A stretch of 64,000 nucleotides of DNA, taken from the IMG/VR virus record IMGVR_UViG_3300046526_000553, positions 32,001 through 96,000 of that record; one strand, written 5' to 3'. The notes below the pieces were generated by a model. That model searched no databases, was not told where the DNA came from, and worked only from the letters and a program-made list of their open reading frames with translations. The position numbers and the translations under genes are program-made. The DNA is from a virus (lineage: Duplodnaviria; Caudoviricetes). Of the stretch, positions 10,801 through 21,589 are shown one piece after another (the stretch's first letter is position 1; each line of letters begins with the position of its first letter).

Positions 10801-13800
10801 CATTTGTGGTTGTTATATTCGGAGTTATTTTTGTAGTAACCAGAGAACCATTGCTGGTGTTAACTGCTGCTGTGCCATCCGTTATCGAAGTAGTGACATT
10901 GCCAGTATATTCAAAGATACTAATGCCAATAGCATTTACAGCACCGCCCACACTTGCGTTTACTGTGGTTTCAGTACCATCAGCTATTTTGTAATACAAA
11001 GCTACCTGATTATTAGCGCCTATACTTGCGCCACCGGCTATAGCTAAGTTCCAGCCAGCCGTTGTGACGGTTGGGACCTGACCTGTATTGCCCAATGATG
11101 ATACTGCAGCAATCAACAAATTATTAGTTGTAGTTGCTCCAGGATAAGATACACTTGTTGAGCTAGCAGATGCACCGTTGCTTGCATCTTGACCAGTAAT
11201 TCTAGAAATTGATGCTGTTTTATCAACTATGAAGCTCAATATTCCAACCAATGCCTTCAAATATGCACGACCGGTAGAAATTGCCCCGGCAAATGACAGA
11301 CTCGCAGCCACCAAACCCTTAACTAGTCTTTTCACTAAACTACCAACGAAGGCTAAAGTACCGGTAATATTGTGACTAGTTTGTTTTATAAAACCATTAG
11401 CACCAGAGGCTGGCGTAGTAAATGTTGCAACAGCTACAACAGAAGTACCGGTCAAACTACTTATACCAAACGTGGCTGTTTGTGCACCAATAGAGCTGAC
11501 GATATTATCCTCCATGGCAACTTGCTGGCTACCCGTTTCACTATCACGTTTCGTGACGATATTGCCATATCCAGCTCCAGCACTGACAGTGACGGAAGAA
11601 GTTGCGGTTGCAAAACCAATCATACCGACTACTAACTCGGAGGCTTGAGATGTTGTGGCTGTAGCATTAGAAGTAGGTGAAGTTGTCGTGCCATTATCGT
11701 TTATCTGTTTTACGTCTAATGGAGCACTAGATAAACCTGCATATTCTCTTACGATGATGGCAGCTACTACACCAAAGCTAAAACTGACAGTTATCGTATT
11801 GGTCGTTCCGCCTGTTACATTAGGTGCATATGCAAAATCAACGACAATATTAGATGTGGCATGTTTATGGTCTTTATAAATAAAACTGTATGTATTACCG
11901 CCTTCAGTATCAGATGCAGAACTGACGGCCGCTGAACTTTGCAAGTAATATACGACAATAACATATAAACTACCAGATGTTGTATTAGATGCAAATGTAG
12001 CTGAAACAGAACTCGAACCTGCTCCATTATTGCCAGAAGCTGTCTGTAATAGAGTCGGGGAAGGTGTACCGGTCGATACACTTAAATTTAGGATACCTGT
12101 TAAGCTTTTTAGCCTGCGGTATATAGACGCAAGATTACCAACAAAGGATAACGTAGCAGAAGCCAGTTTCTTTGCTAATGATTTTATAAATGTGCTCGTG
12201 AAAGATAAGGTAGCTGCAGCCAATCCTTTTGTAAGTGTTCTGACGTTCAAGCCAACAAAAGATAATATTGCAGCCAATATATGAACTATAGCTCTGGAGA
12301 TTATAGAACCAACAAAAGATAATACACCTGAAAGTAATTTTCTATCAGCTTTAGCATTTGCACCTGCAAATGATAATGCGCCTGCGTTTGAACCCGTGAA
12401 ACCAGTCCCCAAAATCCAGTTGCCAGTATTGGATACTAGAGTAGAATTATGTCCAGCAAACCAGGTTTTGGTAGCATTTGGCAGTGAATCCTTAAGAGAC
12501 AAGTAGTCACAATTAATAAGACCAGTGCCAGTAAATGACAGAGTGGCTCCGGTTCCAGGAGTATTAGAATCGATAGTAACCGTATACCCTGATGTGCCAC
12601 TCGGAAAATTACCTGTAAAAATATAAGTTGCAGGTGCATTAAACCGAATAAAGGCTGCTGCAGTAGCATTTAATGTATGTATCGTACTCGTAGAGGCAGT
12701 TGTAAAGGACACAATTCCCGTACCGCCTGATACAGTGACATCGTATAATGGCTGGTTTGTCGCACGACCGATACTCTTTGCAGAAGATGAAGTGTCTGTA
12801 ATAGCTAGGATACTTGTACCGACATTAAGTGTCAGATTAGTTCCTGTAGTAGTAGACCAAACTACTCCCGTTCCTGTAAGCGTCCAGGTACCTGCCCCCA
12901 TATTTATGGTACGAGTTAACGAAGAATTGGACGTAAAAGTTGAAGCAGTAAAATTAAACCCATTAGCATCAAAAGTACCAATGTTGTTTGTATTTGATGT
13001 TGAACCCATAAGAGTTGAGAAATTACATGCAGCAGTTGTTGTCAAATTACTCGCTAATTTTAATGATGAACTCGACTTATCTATTAAGCCCACAGCACTG
13101 GTAATTGAAACACCATTCGTATTTATAGACTGGTCAACTGAATCATTAAGGAAAGCTAATGATGTTGTGCCCGAGGCTGTCATACCTGACTTTAAGATTA
13201 AATCACCAAAAAATACATTAAATCCATTAGTATTTGTGAAGGCAACTGTTGGATTATTAAGAACATTTGAAAAATCTAATGTGGGGACACCCTGCCAACC
13301 TATGGTCATTGTTTTACTGCTTGATGTAATAGAGCCTGAATCAATAATGATTGTATCTTGAGGCATAGGAGGATTATTACCAGTAGCACCACTTGAACTA
13401 ATTAAGCTCCAAGTTGATGTACTAGCATACGTCGTAGAGTTGTTAACCCAATAAAGTGTGCGTGGGCTCGATAATGTCATGCCTGAATTATTACCACCAT
13501 CACCCGTAAAGGTTGTGGCGTATGGTGTGCCAGAACCCGATATAGCTATATCTTTTAAAATAACATTCCCTATAGTTGGCGTATTTGATACAGTTAAAGT
13601 TCTTTGCGTGCCACTTGTTATACTGGCACAAATCGGAACATTAATAGATGGGGTTGCGACTGAGCTACTGCCTATGGTCAATAATCCAGTCACTATAAAA
13701 CTATCACCCATCATTAAGCGGGCTTGGTTACCACCTGAGAGCGTTAAGTTATTGAACGATGAACCTGTCCCTGATATCGTACTCGAACCATTACTATAAA

Positions 13801-15289
13801 TTACGTTAACATTATAGTATGTATTATTATTTCCAAAAGCCAAGCCGGAATTACCATTGTTTATATTTATGTTTGAGGTACCAGCATTTAATGTAAAATT
13901 TGCAGTATTGCTAAATTGAACACCACTGTTACCATTAAAGTTAAAAGTAAGCGTTGATGAGCCTAGTGACAAATTACAGACAGCACTACCACTCGAAAAT
14001 ATACCGACTGCTATCAGATTAAAGTTACCAGTTGATAAACTGCCAGCTGTAAGCGTTAACTTTGATGAAACCATCGATATATTATCACCAAAAATCCAGG
14101 AGCCACCGACACCATTAAACGTCAATGTTGGCATTACGAGGCTACCTGAAGTTACTGTTTGCTGGGTTGCAGATGTTGAAACAAAATTGAATATTGATGT
14201 AGTCGTGCTTCCTATAGAAAATACCATGCCATGAGTATTATCTCCTTGAAAAGCAACATTATTATTTCCTGCGGTCGAGCTACCTATCGATAGTGTTATG
14301 CTAGATGGGAGAGTTAGTGTATTTCTGAATCCAAAACAATTCAAGCTATTGCATGGTGTATTCGTATCAATTGTCAAATTTCCGTAACTGTTCCAATCTA
14401 AGAAAACATCATCAGTGCTAACCGGCACACTTGCTCCAGGCGTTCCTCCAGAGGTGGTAGCCCACGATGATGTGCTGCTCCAGTTGCTACTTCCCGCCCC
14501 GACAAAATACCTACCGGGAGCCGTAGAAGTAGGGACAATAGGTGTAGCAGGAGTATATGGGTGATGTTCGGCTTTGGCAAAACGTCTTATCCAGGTTTTG
14601 CCGGGATTCATAATCCCAAATCCAGTGATTGGAGCTGCTATTGATGCTGGCGCAAAAGATGCCACAGATTGCGATATTTGGTTATTTACACTACCAGATG
14701 TTGTCCAGCCCATAGTTTGGTTTCCCGCAGGAGATACGGCAGCGTTTGTATCTTCCAGACCACCGATACCGGTTATTGATAATGTTACCAATCCTCTTTG
14801 TGTTTCATCGGCAGCCATGCTCCCAGCACCAGATAACGTAGCTGCAGATACCACCCAGCAATTGTCACTTACGGTATTCAAAGAAAGAGTTTGGTCTGCA
14901 TTACCACTACCAGTACCACCTGTTACTGCGTCAGCAGTATCGGATTGCTGAGCGCCAGTATACGAGACACTATTACCACATGCAGTTGGTGAAATACCAT
15001 TGAAAGTACAGTTTACACTGACTTGATTTGTGCCAGTTGCGGGAGCGTGTAAAAACCATATGCTCGTTTCTGATACATGAGAGCCCGTACTATTAGCATC
15101 AGAGCGAACCTTATTCATGCTGACACCGTTATATGTCACAGAGTCAGCAGTCGGAGGTGTTAAACCAGCATTTGTTAAATGAACCGAAACTATTAATAAT
15201 ACATTAGAGCCAGTGCATGTATGGTTCCATGTTATTGGGCTAGAGGTTTGGCTGGTGGATGATGCGGTGGCGTCAAGAGAGATAGCCAT
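7850..15289 (-). CDS. giant (2479 aa) fibre/surface protein with ~17-18-aa TLSFVG repeats and inserted Ser/Thr-rich beta domains
   Basis: Long ORF with dozens of (A/G)TL(S/N)F(V/T/A)G repeats and repeated YPGATT..NLLIA modules. Confidence 0.75.
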   Translation of the reverse strand: MAISLDATASSTSQTSSPITWNHTCTGSNVLLIVSVHLTNAGLTPPTADSVTYNGVSMNKVRSDANSTGSHVSETSIWFLHAPATGTNQVSVNCTFNGISPTACGNSVSYTGAQQSDTADAVTGGTGSGNADQTLSLNTVSDNCWVVSAATLSGAGSMAADETQRGLVTLSITGIGGLEDTNAAVSPAGNQTMGWTTSGSVNNQISQSVASFAPASIAAPITGFGIMNPGKTWIRRFAKAEHHPYTPATPIVPTSTAPGRYFVGAGSSNWSSTSSWATTSGGTPGASVPVSTDDVFLDWNSYGNLTIDTNTPCNSLNCFGFRNTLTLPSSITLSIGSSTAGNNNVAFQGDNTHGMVFSIGSTTTSIFNFVSTSATQQTVTSGSLVMPTLTFNGVGGSWIFGDNISMVSSKLTLTAGSLSTGNFNLIAVGIFSSGSAVCNLSLGSSTLTFNFNGNSGVQFSNTANFTLNAGTSNININNGNSGLAFGNNNTYYNVNVIYSNGSSTISGTGSSFNNLTLSGGNQARLMMGDSFIVTGLLTIGSSSVATPSINVPICASITSGTQRTLTVSNTPTIGNVILKDIAISGSGTPYATTFTGDGGNNSGMTLSSPRTLYWVNNSTTYASTSTWSLISSSGATGNNPPMPQDTIIIDSGSITSSSKTMTIGWQGVPTLDFSNVLNNPTVAFTNTNGFNVFFGDLILKSGMTASGTTSLAFLNDSVDQSINTNGVSITSAVGLIDKSSSSLKLASNLTTTAACNFSTLMGSTSNTNNIGTFDANGFNFTASTFTSNSSLTRTINMGAGTWTLTGTGVVWSTTTGTNLTLNVGTSILAITDTSSSAKSIGRATNQPLYDVTVSGGTGIVSFTTASTSTIHTLNATAAAFIRFNAPATYIFTGNFPSGTSGYTVTIDSNTPGTGATLSFTGTGLINCDYLSLKDSLPNATKTWFAGHNSTLVSNTGNWILGTGFTGSNAGALSFAGANAKADRKLLSGVLSFVGSIISRAIVHILAAILSFVGLNVRTLTKGLAAATLSFTSTFIKSLAKKLASATLSFVGNLASIYRRLKSLTGILNLSVSTGTPSPTLLQTASGNNGAGSSSVSATFASNTTSGSLYVIVVYYLQSSAAVSSASDTEGGNTYSFIYKDHKHATSNIVVDFAYAPNVTGGTTNTITVSFSFGVVAAIIVREYAGLSSAPLDVKQINDNGTTTSPTSNATATTSQASELVVGMIGFATATSSVTVSAGAGYGNIVTKRDSETGSQQVAMEDNIVSSIGAQTATFGISSLTGTSVVAVATFTTPASGANGFIKQTSHNITGTLAFVGSLVKRLVKGLVAASLSFAGAISTGRAYLKALVGILSFIVDKTASISRITGQDASNGASASSTSVSYPGATTTNNLLIAAVSSLGNTGQVPTVTTAGWNLAIAGGASIGANNQVALYYKIADGTETTVNASVGGAVNAIGISIFEYTGNVTTSITDGTAAVNTSNGSLVTTKITPNITTTNANDLIFYFIGKGTASPGVITWSSGATVFGYTGTSFMETICGQLIASTTQTNYNDTASWTGGGQTVSSAIVAFKAGAGTTGFIKATNHKIVAILSFVGSNIRALTHALAATLSFVGSTFKKFIHSFSGVLNVTATTHPGSISRITSQDATGNAGSTSVTVAYPGATTPGNLLIAAFLTNSNVLNNSITGWTKLIEGTATGVNGDISIHYKIATGSETNITGTNTNGGISVLDIFEYTGNGNPILLDGTAAAQNTASSVTIYTTPLITTSYTNDLVFSLMSAGGLSAPSWATNTLIGTNINGFNRNFFCGEYLSTTTLTNFTDTANWTGSNSAGSLVAAFQAAPSAVSFKKSTNHRITAAVSFVGALISRINQKFFTAALSFSGAITRNITRAFTGAVSFAGSLPKKWIHGMLSSLSFSGLATHPGTSFSNLTAALSFHGVFGRNFSRAFTAVLNFTIIFIRPITTALTATLNFINYTFGSGMFGSGGNQFGVGTIDDLLKQTNRKFTATVNMSGSLIKIITHKFIATLSFVGALLSRNIARALTGALSFVGAIIISVPTTHILTGTLSFSGSFTKRARPFLTATLSFSGSITRFLVRGLLSMLSFSGSFVRNLTHHFTATLSFVGILLKTTIRAIFAATLSFTGVFVKSSIKIFAATLNFTTASLRSMVHGFTAALNFVGIFIKTAMPKALTATLSFTGVFLGGGQLLQTLTGTLSFTGKQVRAIVHRFTAALSPVGTLVISSFHSMFVSLTGSLTFAGTTAKKTVRALPVAVLSFAGMFTKTAKKTFAATLNLTIASFVHQIGKPLAAVLSFTGTFVKSIQYPLSAALTFAGSFLRAIRKSAMTAALSFAGTFIGGGQLLASLTSTLSFTGVFRKSAIRLFAATLSFTTSLIRRLTNAFQAGLSFSGRTTRAITHRLVSAVLSFAGAVAGGHPKFGNFGAQLTFSTNFFKSLIRFRFPPRHINISMIRASIDNIVIFIKRRPK

Positions 15290-15388
15290 GAGGAATTATC
15301 TCCCTCCGGCTACTTCATACCGTAGCTAGTTAAATGGCTAGTATAACTTTGGAAAAGCTCGAATATCTTAGGGAATATGCTTATCATT

Positions 15389-15967
15389 TTAATTTTCACC
15401 ATACAACTTGATAGTTTCCATCTGGATAAGATTAGCACCATTAGATGTTCCACAAGCTACGCTTACAAATAAGTAATATGTGACAGAATTATCTACTGTA
15501 GTTACCGTGAAAGCCGTGTTGTCTGTAGGAATTGTGCCCGCGAATGGAGATGCCAATGCAGTAGGTCCACTAACTTTCCCCAAACAAGCGACCGTGCTAG
15601 CCCCACCAATAGATAATGTCTTTAGGGTTATTTCGGCATCCATCTCCCAAACAGCTAATGTTTTAGTTGTACCACCTGTTAGAGCTGCCGTAGAGCCCAA
15701 TAGGATACCCGCAGCTGACCAAGTTGTGGAGGTAAGAAGCCTAATCGACCACGTGAATGTCGGGGCACTCGTCGTACCTAATCTTCCCTGGGCATGTAAT
15801 CGTAGAGCTTTAAATTGTTGACTTGGATTTAAGAAAAAACCAGCTGGAATAATTACCGGTGGATAGGTTTTCTGTAAATTATCTTCAGTGGTAAATGTAT
15901 TTAACTGTGTGCTGGTGGCTACATAGTCATATATTATTTCTGATTGGGTTCCCGTCAAGAAGGACAC
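15389..15967 (-). CDS. putative virion structural protein
   Basis: Thr/Gly-rich beta protein in the structural operon. Confidence 0.55.
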   Translation of the reverse strand: MSFLTGTQSEIIYDYVATSTQLNTFTTEDNLQKTYPPVIIPAGFFLNPSQQFKALRLHAQGRLGTTSAPTFTWSIRLLTSTTWSAAGILLGSTAALTGGTTKTLAVWEMDAEITLKTLSIGGASTVACLGKVSGPTALASPFAGTIPTDNTAFTVTTVDNSVTYYLFVSVACGTSNGANLIQMETIKLYGEN

Positions 15968-16028
15968 TGGTAAACTCTCCTATTATGTTTTCATTGTTAC
16001 AGATAAGAACTGTACCTGACAATAAGTA

Positions 16029-17258
16029 TCATCTAATAAGCTGAAAAAAATCTCCAGTGGTAGGACTTGAAACTGGAATATATTGCAAGACCCCCATATG
16101 AACACCGTTAGTATCAGGAGCCGGAGTACCAGTCTCAGACGATTGTAGACTTATTAAACTTGTTTGTCCTAGCCCGACAGTTTGACCCGTTATATTTCCC
16201 GTAACTGCTGCACCAGTGAACGAAACATTAAGGTCAGAATTAACTCCATTCCTACGGATATTAAATGTTCTGGTAGTCACACCGCCTGGAGCAGTACCAA
16301 GCAATACGTAAAATGATTTCAACATACATGCACCAGGGATGACTTGACGACTAGCTTCTGATGTATAGCTGCCGCCTCCATTGCCCAGAGGAAACTCATA
16401 AACAGTGGAAGTAGTTGACGGTGCAGTAGATGTCCCAAACCCAAAGAAAGTCTCACCAACATTAGTTGGTGTAAATTGTAATGCCCATGAAATATTCCTA
16501 CTAGTTGGCGTACCAGTTGGTGTGGCAGCCATAGATAAAGTGTCTCCAGCAGCTACGGTAATAGAATGAGTAATATCGTTGGCAGTCGTTGCTGAAGCGC
16601 CAGATATTGAAGCTGATAAGGCAGTGACAGTACCATTTTGTGTCAACCCCATTGCCCAAGTATTATTAGTGCCAGCTACCCCATTAGCCTTAACGTATAA
16701 ATTATTTAGGGTTCCTGCGCAAGGGCAAACCATTGTTACTAAAGCTTCGGCTGTGTTAAACTGTGTCCCTGTGGATGAGCCTGTCAATTGTGCATACGTT
16801 ACCGAAGCTGTTGAGAGCCCAGTACTTGAATGATTTCCCCCCACTATTGGAGAGAAATGAGTTCCGCCAGAATTGCATTGTAAATTCCAACTTGTAAGTG
16901 TTGGTGCGGTCGGTGTTCCTGTTGGCGTAATGCCTATAGTAATTAGGTCCCCAGCTGCGAAACTTATTCCCGCACCGTTATATGTACCACTTGTGGCTGT
17001 TTCAAAGATTGTTATGGTAGCAGCCGTATCTACTTGATTCTTGCGTATAGTAAAAACATACTGTTTACCCGAGCTGGCAGCCCCTGGTGCAGTGTTAACT
17101 GTTACATAAAAATTACTGACCGTAAAAGCCGCTGGTAATAGTTGAAATCTAGAAGTTTCGGTAGCAGTCGGGGTGTCATTAACAGAAAGTACTGGAATAT
17201 AATTCACGGCTGATGTTGATGGTAAGCCACTGGTTGAACCGAATAAATTTGCGAGCAT
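16029..17258 (-). CDS. putative virion structural protein with three repeated beta-sandwich modules
   Basis: Internal repeats (NFYVTVNTAPG / NLYVKANGVAG / SFYVLLGTAPG). Confidence 0.6.
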   Translation of the reverse strand: MLANLFGSTSGLPSTSAVNYIPVLSVNDTPTATETSRFQLLPAAFTVSNFYVTVNTAPGAASSGKQYVFTIRKNQVDTAATITIFETATSGTYNGAGISFAAGDLITIGITPTGTPTAPTLTSWNLQCNSGGTHFSPIVGGNHSSTGLSTASVTYAQLTGSSTGTQFNTAEALVTMVCPCAGTLNNLYVKANGVAGTNNTWAMGLTQNGTVTALSASISGASATTANDITHSITVAAGDTLSMAATPTGTPTSRNISWALQFTPTNVGETFFGFGTSTAPSTTSTVYEFPLGNGGGSYTSEASRQVIPGACMLKSFYVLLGTAPGGVTTRTFNIRRNGVNSDLNVSFTGAAVTGNITGQTVGLGQTSLISLQSSETGTPAPDTNGVHMGVLQYIPVSSPTTGDFFQLIR

Positions 17259-19025
17259 TCAGATTACCGCTACACAGCGCCAAGCATTAGAGACCGTGTT
17301 CCATGCGAAACCAACATCAAGACGGCTTGTACCAGATGTTGTGGTAGGTAAAGTTGCAGTGCTGCTTTCAAAACTCGCTCCCCAGGTAATCGCTCGTGAG
17401 GCAGTTCCAGTAATGGCTATCCACAATGGTTGGTTTTCAGTCGGGGTACCAGTCAAATTGGTCGTGAAAGATGTTACATCGACTGCTTGAGCCGTTAATG
17501 AATAGAAATCAACATTATCTGTATTTATCGTTGGTGTAGCACTTGATGTTGTCGTGCCTGTACGTTTGGTAACTCGTTTATTGGTTAATTTTTGAGTATC
17601 ATTAATGCCAACATAAGTGCTGGTCGGTGAATCATAGCCAATATTGCCATTGCTATTTTGGATAGTACCGCTATTTGGCAAAGAAACCGACCCATAGCTA
17701 CCAGTTGAAACGACAATATAGTTATCTTTAAGTGACTGGACTTGAGCAGCACTTATACGCACAGCCCCAGAAGTACCTGCAGTCGTATTATCTCCAACAT
17801 AATTATTCTCTATATAGATATTCTTTATGGCGGTCGGTTCAGTAGTATCTCCGAAGAAACCTATAGCACCTTCAATAGACCCTATCCATGAATAAATCGC
17901 ATTATCACGGACAAAAATATATTGGATATCCAAAGTAACGCCAGATGATGTATTTGGACCGATTCTGATAGGAGCTTTCAGGCAATTGTAGAACTTATTA
18001 TTTGAAATGGTTATATATTTGAAGTTCATATTAACACTTGTTGAAGTAATACTTTTTATGCCATAAAACACATTTGTGAATGTATTACCTGAAAAATCCA
18101 AATTATATGAATTGGGATGTAGCAGGGTATGACCGTCTCGACCAACATTATCATCTTGAAAATCTATGCCATCACCTTGCCCCGTATCATAAAGGGTTAT
18201 ATTGTTGTTGCAAACCTTTGAATTAATTGTATTCCTAATATCAAGCGCAGTAGCATTTGGAATAGTGGTGCTGGTAAAAGTGTTATTCATTATATCTATC
18301 TGGTCGCAGTTTGCGGTATGTACTGCACCCTGACTCCAATTGAGATGAATATTTTCACTGTACCGGCAATTTACATTAAAACTATAGAATGAGACTTCAC
18401 GAGTACTTGAGGTGGCGTTGTTTTCAAACTTATTATGATGGAAAAAACTATCTCGCACATTTGGTAGTAATATTACCTCAAAAGTACCGCAGGATAAATT
18501 ATAAAATAAATTATTGTAAACATGGCAATTATACGAAGCTGACCCAGGAAGGTCTGCATCAACGACATTACCGAAACGCAACGCCCAATGAGAATGAGAA
18601 TTATCGCATCCCATATTTAGAAACTCGCAGTCGTGGATTTCTATTTCTTGAACAGTAGTAGCACAGTTAATCAAACCCTTCATTGCCGATTGTGCATCAA
18701 GAGTGACATGACATACTTCAAAGTTAAGAAGTGTGCCACTACCGGAAGTAATCATATTTGATGCAGCGGGTGTGGTAGTGAAATTAAATAAAGTTTTTTG
18801 TTTGCCCGCACCAACCAAAGAAACATAGCTTTTAGGTGTAATTGTATTATTGAGTATATATGTGCCTTCCCTAAATTGGACGATTCCACCACCACCAGCA
18901 TTCACGGCTGTTACTGCGGCATTGATTTCTACATCATCATTTGTGCCATCACAGATATAGTCAGCTTCTTGCCCCGTTACTCCAACCGTTAGTTTCACAT
19001 TTCGACTTTTAGTTTTATATGACAT
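17259..19025 (-). CDS. right-handed beta-helix (pectate-lyase-like) fibre/spike protein
   Basis: ADYICDGTNDDVEINAA..GGGIVQFREGTY motif and Asn-ladder repeats. Confidence 0.8.
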   Translation of the reverse strand: MSYKTKSRNVKLTVGVTGQEADYICDGTNDDVEINAAVTAVNAGGGGIVQFREGTYILNNTITPKSYVSLVGAGKQKTLFNFTTTPAASNMITSGSGTLLNFEVCHVTLDAQSAMKGLINCATTVQEIEIHDCEFLNMGCDNSHSHWALRFGNVVDADLPGSASYNCHVYNNLFYNLSCGTFEVILLPNVRDSFFHHNKFENNATSSTREVSFYSFNVNCRYSENIHLNWSQGAVHTANCDQIDIMNNTFTSTTIPNATALDIRNTINSKVCNNNITLYDTGQGDGIDFQDDNVGRDGHTLLHPNSYNLDFSGNTFTNVFYGIKSITSTSVNMNFKYITISNNKFYNCLKAPIRIGPNTSSGVTLDIQYIFVRDNAIYSWIGSIEGAIGFFGDTTEPTAIKNIYIENNYVGDNTTAGTSGAVRISAAQVQSLKDNYIVVSTGSYGSVSLPNSGTIQNSNGNIGYDSPTSTYVGINDTQKLTNKRVTKRTGTTTSSATPTINTDNVDFYSLTAQAVDVTSFTTNLTGTPTENQPLWIAITGTASRAITWGASFESSTATLPTTTSGTSRLDVGFAWNTVSNAWRCVAVI

Positions 19026-19042
19026 TATACTTCATCACCTCT

Positions 19043-21589
19043 CTAAACTATTTTCCAGTTAGCATTATCACTGATGACAGTTATGCTGTCGTATTGCACC
19101 CCCATCACCTGCGTAGTAGCTCCGTCAATTGTCTGAGAGGATGTCGTTGCTACCGTGATAGTGCCCGTTCCCGAATTCTTAATTGTGTATTGTCTTCCAG
19201 TTATCCCAATTGCCGTAGGCAGTGTAACGGTGAAGGTTCCTGACGTGCAGTCTATTATTGAATCACCGAGGGCAACAGAATATGTAGTAGTAACAGCTGT
19301 GTAAGCTGTCGCTATCGAGCCACCGAATATCGTCGGGTTATCTACCGGGGTTCCACTGGTCTGGAAGTTATTGGTGACAACGTCTGTCAATGCTAAAGGA
19401 GTTGTAGACACAGTGCCATTATTAAGACTGTTCTGAATGATGGGCTCTAATATACCGGTATTACCCGAAATGATATGCTGATATCTTGAATCTAAATAAA
19501 AGGTAGCTACGCTAGGTCCGGAACCCATAATCGTATTATTCTTAAATACATTAGGAACTAGCGAGTAACCACCCGCCCCCAGTTCGTCAAAGATATATGA
19601 TAAGCCATTATTTGTATTATTCGTTGTCGGGGCAACTATACCTAGCCCTGAATCAGCCAAATTATCTGTATATGTGGTTGAACTATTGTTCCTAATAGTA
19701 AATATATATGCCTGTGTTCCGTTTACACCTCCGGCAGCAGTTCTGTAGACATTTCTAAAAACTGTGCCAGCTGGCCCTAATGGGATATTGGTCAGATTAA
19801 CCTGTTGATTCACGGGTGATACCGAATTTGATGCAGAACTGGCAGCCGTTTCATTACCCATCGGTGTTACAAATGTAATCTTATATGTATACGCTCCATT
19901 CAAATTGCCTGCGGTTGCATTAATTGCAGCCGTCGGAGCTGAAGCCGGATTTGTTAATGGGTTATCGTTATATATAAAATTATCTTGATAAACATTACCG
20001 CCATCCTCTATCTGAAAAATTGCAAGCTCACCGGCAGATGAAGCTAATCTTGGATTCATGCCACAGTTGATAAATGAATTTCCTATATATGATGAAGCCA
20101 CGTGCCAACCATAGCCACCCATGAAAGTGCCATGGTCGAAGTTGAAGAATAAGTTGTTGGAATATATACCTGCAGTATGACCGTCAGGGTCTGAAAAACG
20201 GTGGCAATTCATGGCACTATTATTCGAGAATATCCAGCCACGAGATTCTGCGCTTGACGGGTCTTTTGGTGTGCCAGTATTAGATAGCCCAGGTGCTATT
20301 ACAGTACAACTATATTTGAATGTACAACTATCAACAATAAACCCATCTGAATGATATACTGTCATGTTATAATATTGACCAATCGCATTGTTGGCTTGTA
20401 ACGGCCAGCTTGTCGGTAATGATTCAAAATTACAATTAGTAATCTTTAAGCCATCCCATCCAGCAGCTACACTATCACTAATGTCCGCCAATGAGCTTCC
20501 GAAATAATTATTAGCATATGTACCAACTGTATTATAAAAATCACAATTATCGATTACCCAATCACGCCTTAGACGAGCTGGAGTACCACCTACAGTTTGG
20601 ATGGTATTTCCAAATGTATTTTTAAATGTACAGCTTAATATTCGTACATTACTAATATTGTAGGAAGTAAATAGTATTGAATTAGCCGTTACATTACTAG
20701 AATTTGTGCTTACAGCATCCCTGAAAATACAATTGCTAATTCTAAGGTCACTCAAAGCCCCAGATACACCTGAATACTGTCCATTAATTCTGAGCGAGCC
20801 TGTTGAGCCTGTGTTATCTGGCCCCCTGTTATAAAATTCACACTTCTCAACTACTAAATTTGTAGCGGTATTTGCAGCAGACGTAGGCGCTTGCCAGTGG
20901 ATTCCGATTGTACCCATGTAATTATGGTTTATGGATAAGTTGCTTACACTAATATTGCTCACAGGAGTCGTACCGTCAGGAGAACGGAAAGATAAGATTC
21001 CAAAATTTGTATTTTCCCCACCAGGCGAACCATCATAACAACTTACCATTACGCTACTTTGTATGCCCGCACCAGTTACATTGACCTTGCTATAGTTAGC
21101 TAAGATATGGGCACCAATACCATAGAAACCGGGAGGTAAGTAAACTTGACCACCCTGTGCTTGACCTGCAGCAATAATAGCATTTGTTATAGCCGTTTTA
21201 TCATTTGTTGCTACGAATACTTGGGCACCCGAAACGGTATTGGCGGCAGTTGCAGCTAAAGTCGCTGATGTACCTGAGCCAACAGAAGATATTGTTGTTA
21301 ATAACATATTAGATGTGCCCACGGCACCAGCTCCAAATACGGTCACTAGTTTACCCACATCACCGCTCGTAAATGCAGCAGTAGAACTTGTTAGTGTAGC
21401 TGATGCACTCGTCATAGCTCCATCATTTACGGTTCTGCCATCTGCCTTGGCACCATAATCCATGACGTTATAAACAACCGGTAAGCTTGCATTTATTAGC
21501 TTTCTTCCAGCTATATCTAAAGTGGATGACCCTGTTGGGCTGGAAACTTTATCTGCCTTGATTTCACTGTCGCCAAAGTATAATGCCAT
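19043..21589 (-). CDS. pectate-lyase-like beta-helix spike protein
   Basis: YNVMDYGAKADG and GGQVYLPPGFY motifs, parallel beta-helix repeats. Confidence 0.8.
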   Translation of the reverse strand: MALYFGDSEIKADKVSSPTGSSTLDIAGRKLINASLPVVYNVMDYGAKADGRTVNDGAMTSASATLTSSTAAFTSGDVGKLVTVFGAGAVGTSNMLLTTISSVGSGTSATLAATAANTVSGAQVFVATNDKTAITNAIIAAGQAQGGQVYLPPGFYGIGAHILANYSKVNVTGAGIQSSVMVSCYDGSPGGENTNFGILSFRSPDGTTPVSNISVSNLSINHNYMGTIGIHWQAPTSAANTATNLVVEKCEFYNRGPDNTGSTGSLRINGQYSGVSGALSDLRISNCIFRDAVSTNSSNVTANSILFTSYNISNVRILSCTFKNTFGNTIQTVGGTPARLRRDWVIDNCDFYNTVGTYANNYFGSSLADISDSVAAGWDGLKITNCNFESLPTSWPLQANNAIGQYYNMTVYHSDGFIVDSCTFKYSCTVIAPGLSNTGTPKDPSSAESRGWIFSNNSAMNCHRFSDPDGHTAGIYSNNLFFNFDHGTFMGGYGWHVASSYIGNSFINCGMNPRLASSAGELAIFQIEDGGNVYQDNFIYNDNPLTNPASAPTAAINATAGNLNGAYTYKITFVTPMGNETAASSASNSVSPVNQQVNLTNIPLGPAGTVFRNVYRTAAGGVNGTQAYIFTIRNNSSTTYTDNLADSGLGIVAPTTNNTNNGLSYIFDELGAGGYSLVPNVFKNNTIMGSGPSVATFYLDSRYQHIISGNTGILEPIIQNSLNNGTVSTTPLALTDVVTNNFQTSGTPVDNPTIFGGSIATAYTAVTTTYSVALGDSIIDCTSGTFTVTLPTAIGITGRQYTIKNSGTGTITVATTSSQTIDGATTQVMGVQYDSITVISDNANWKIV

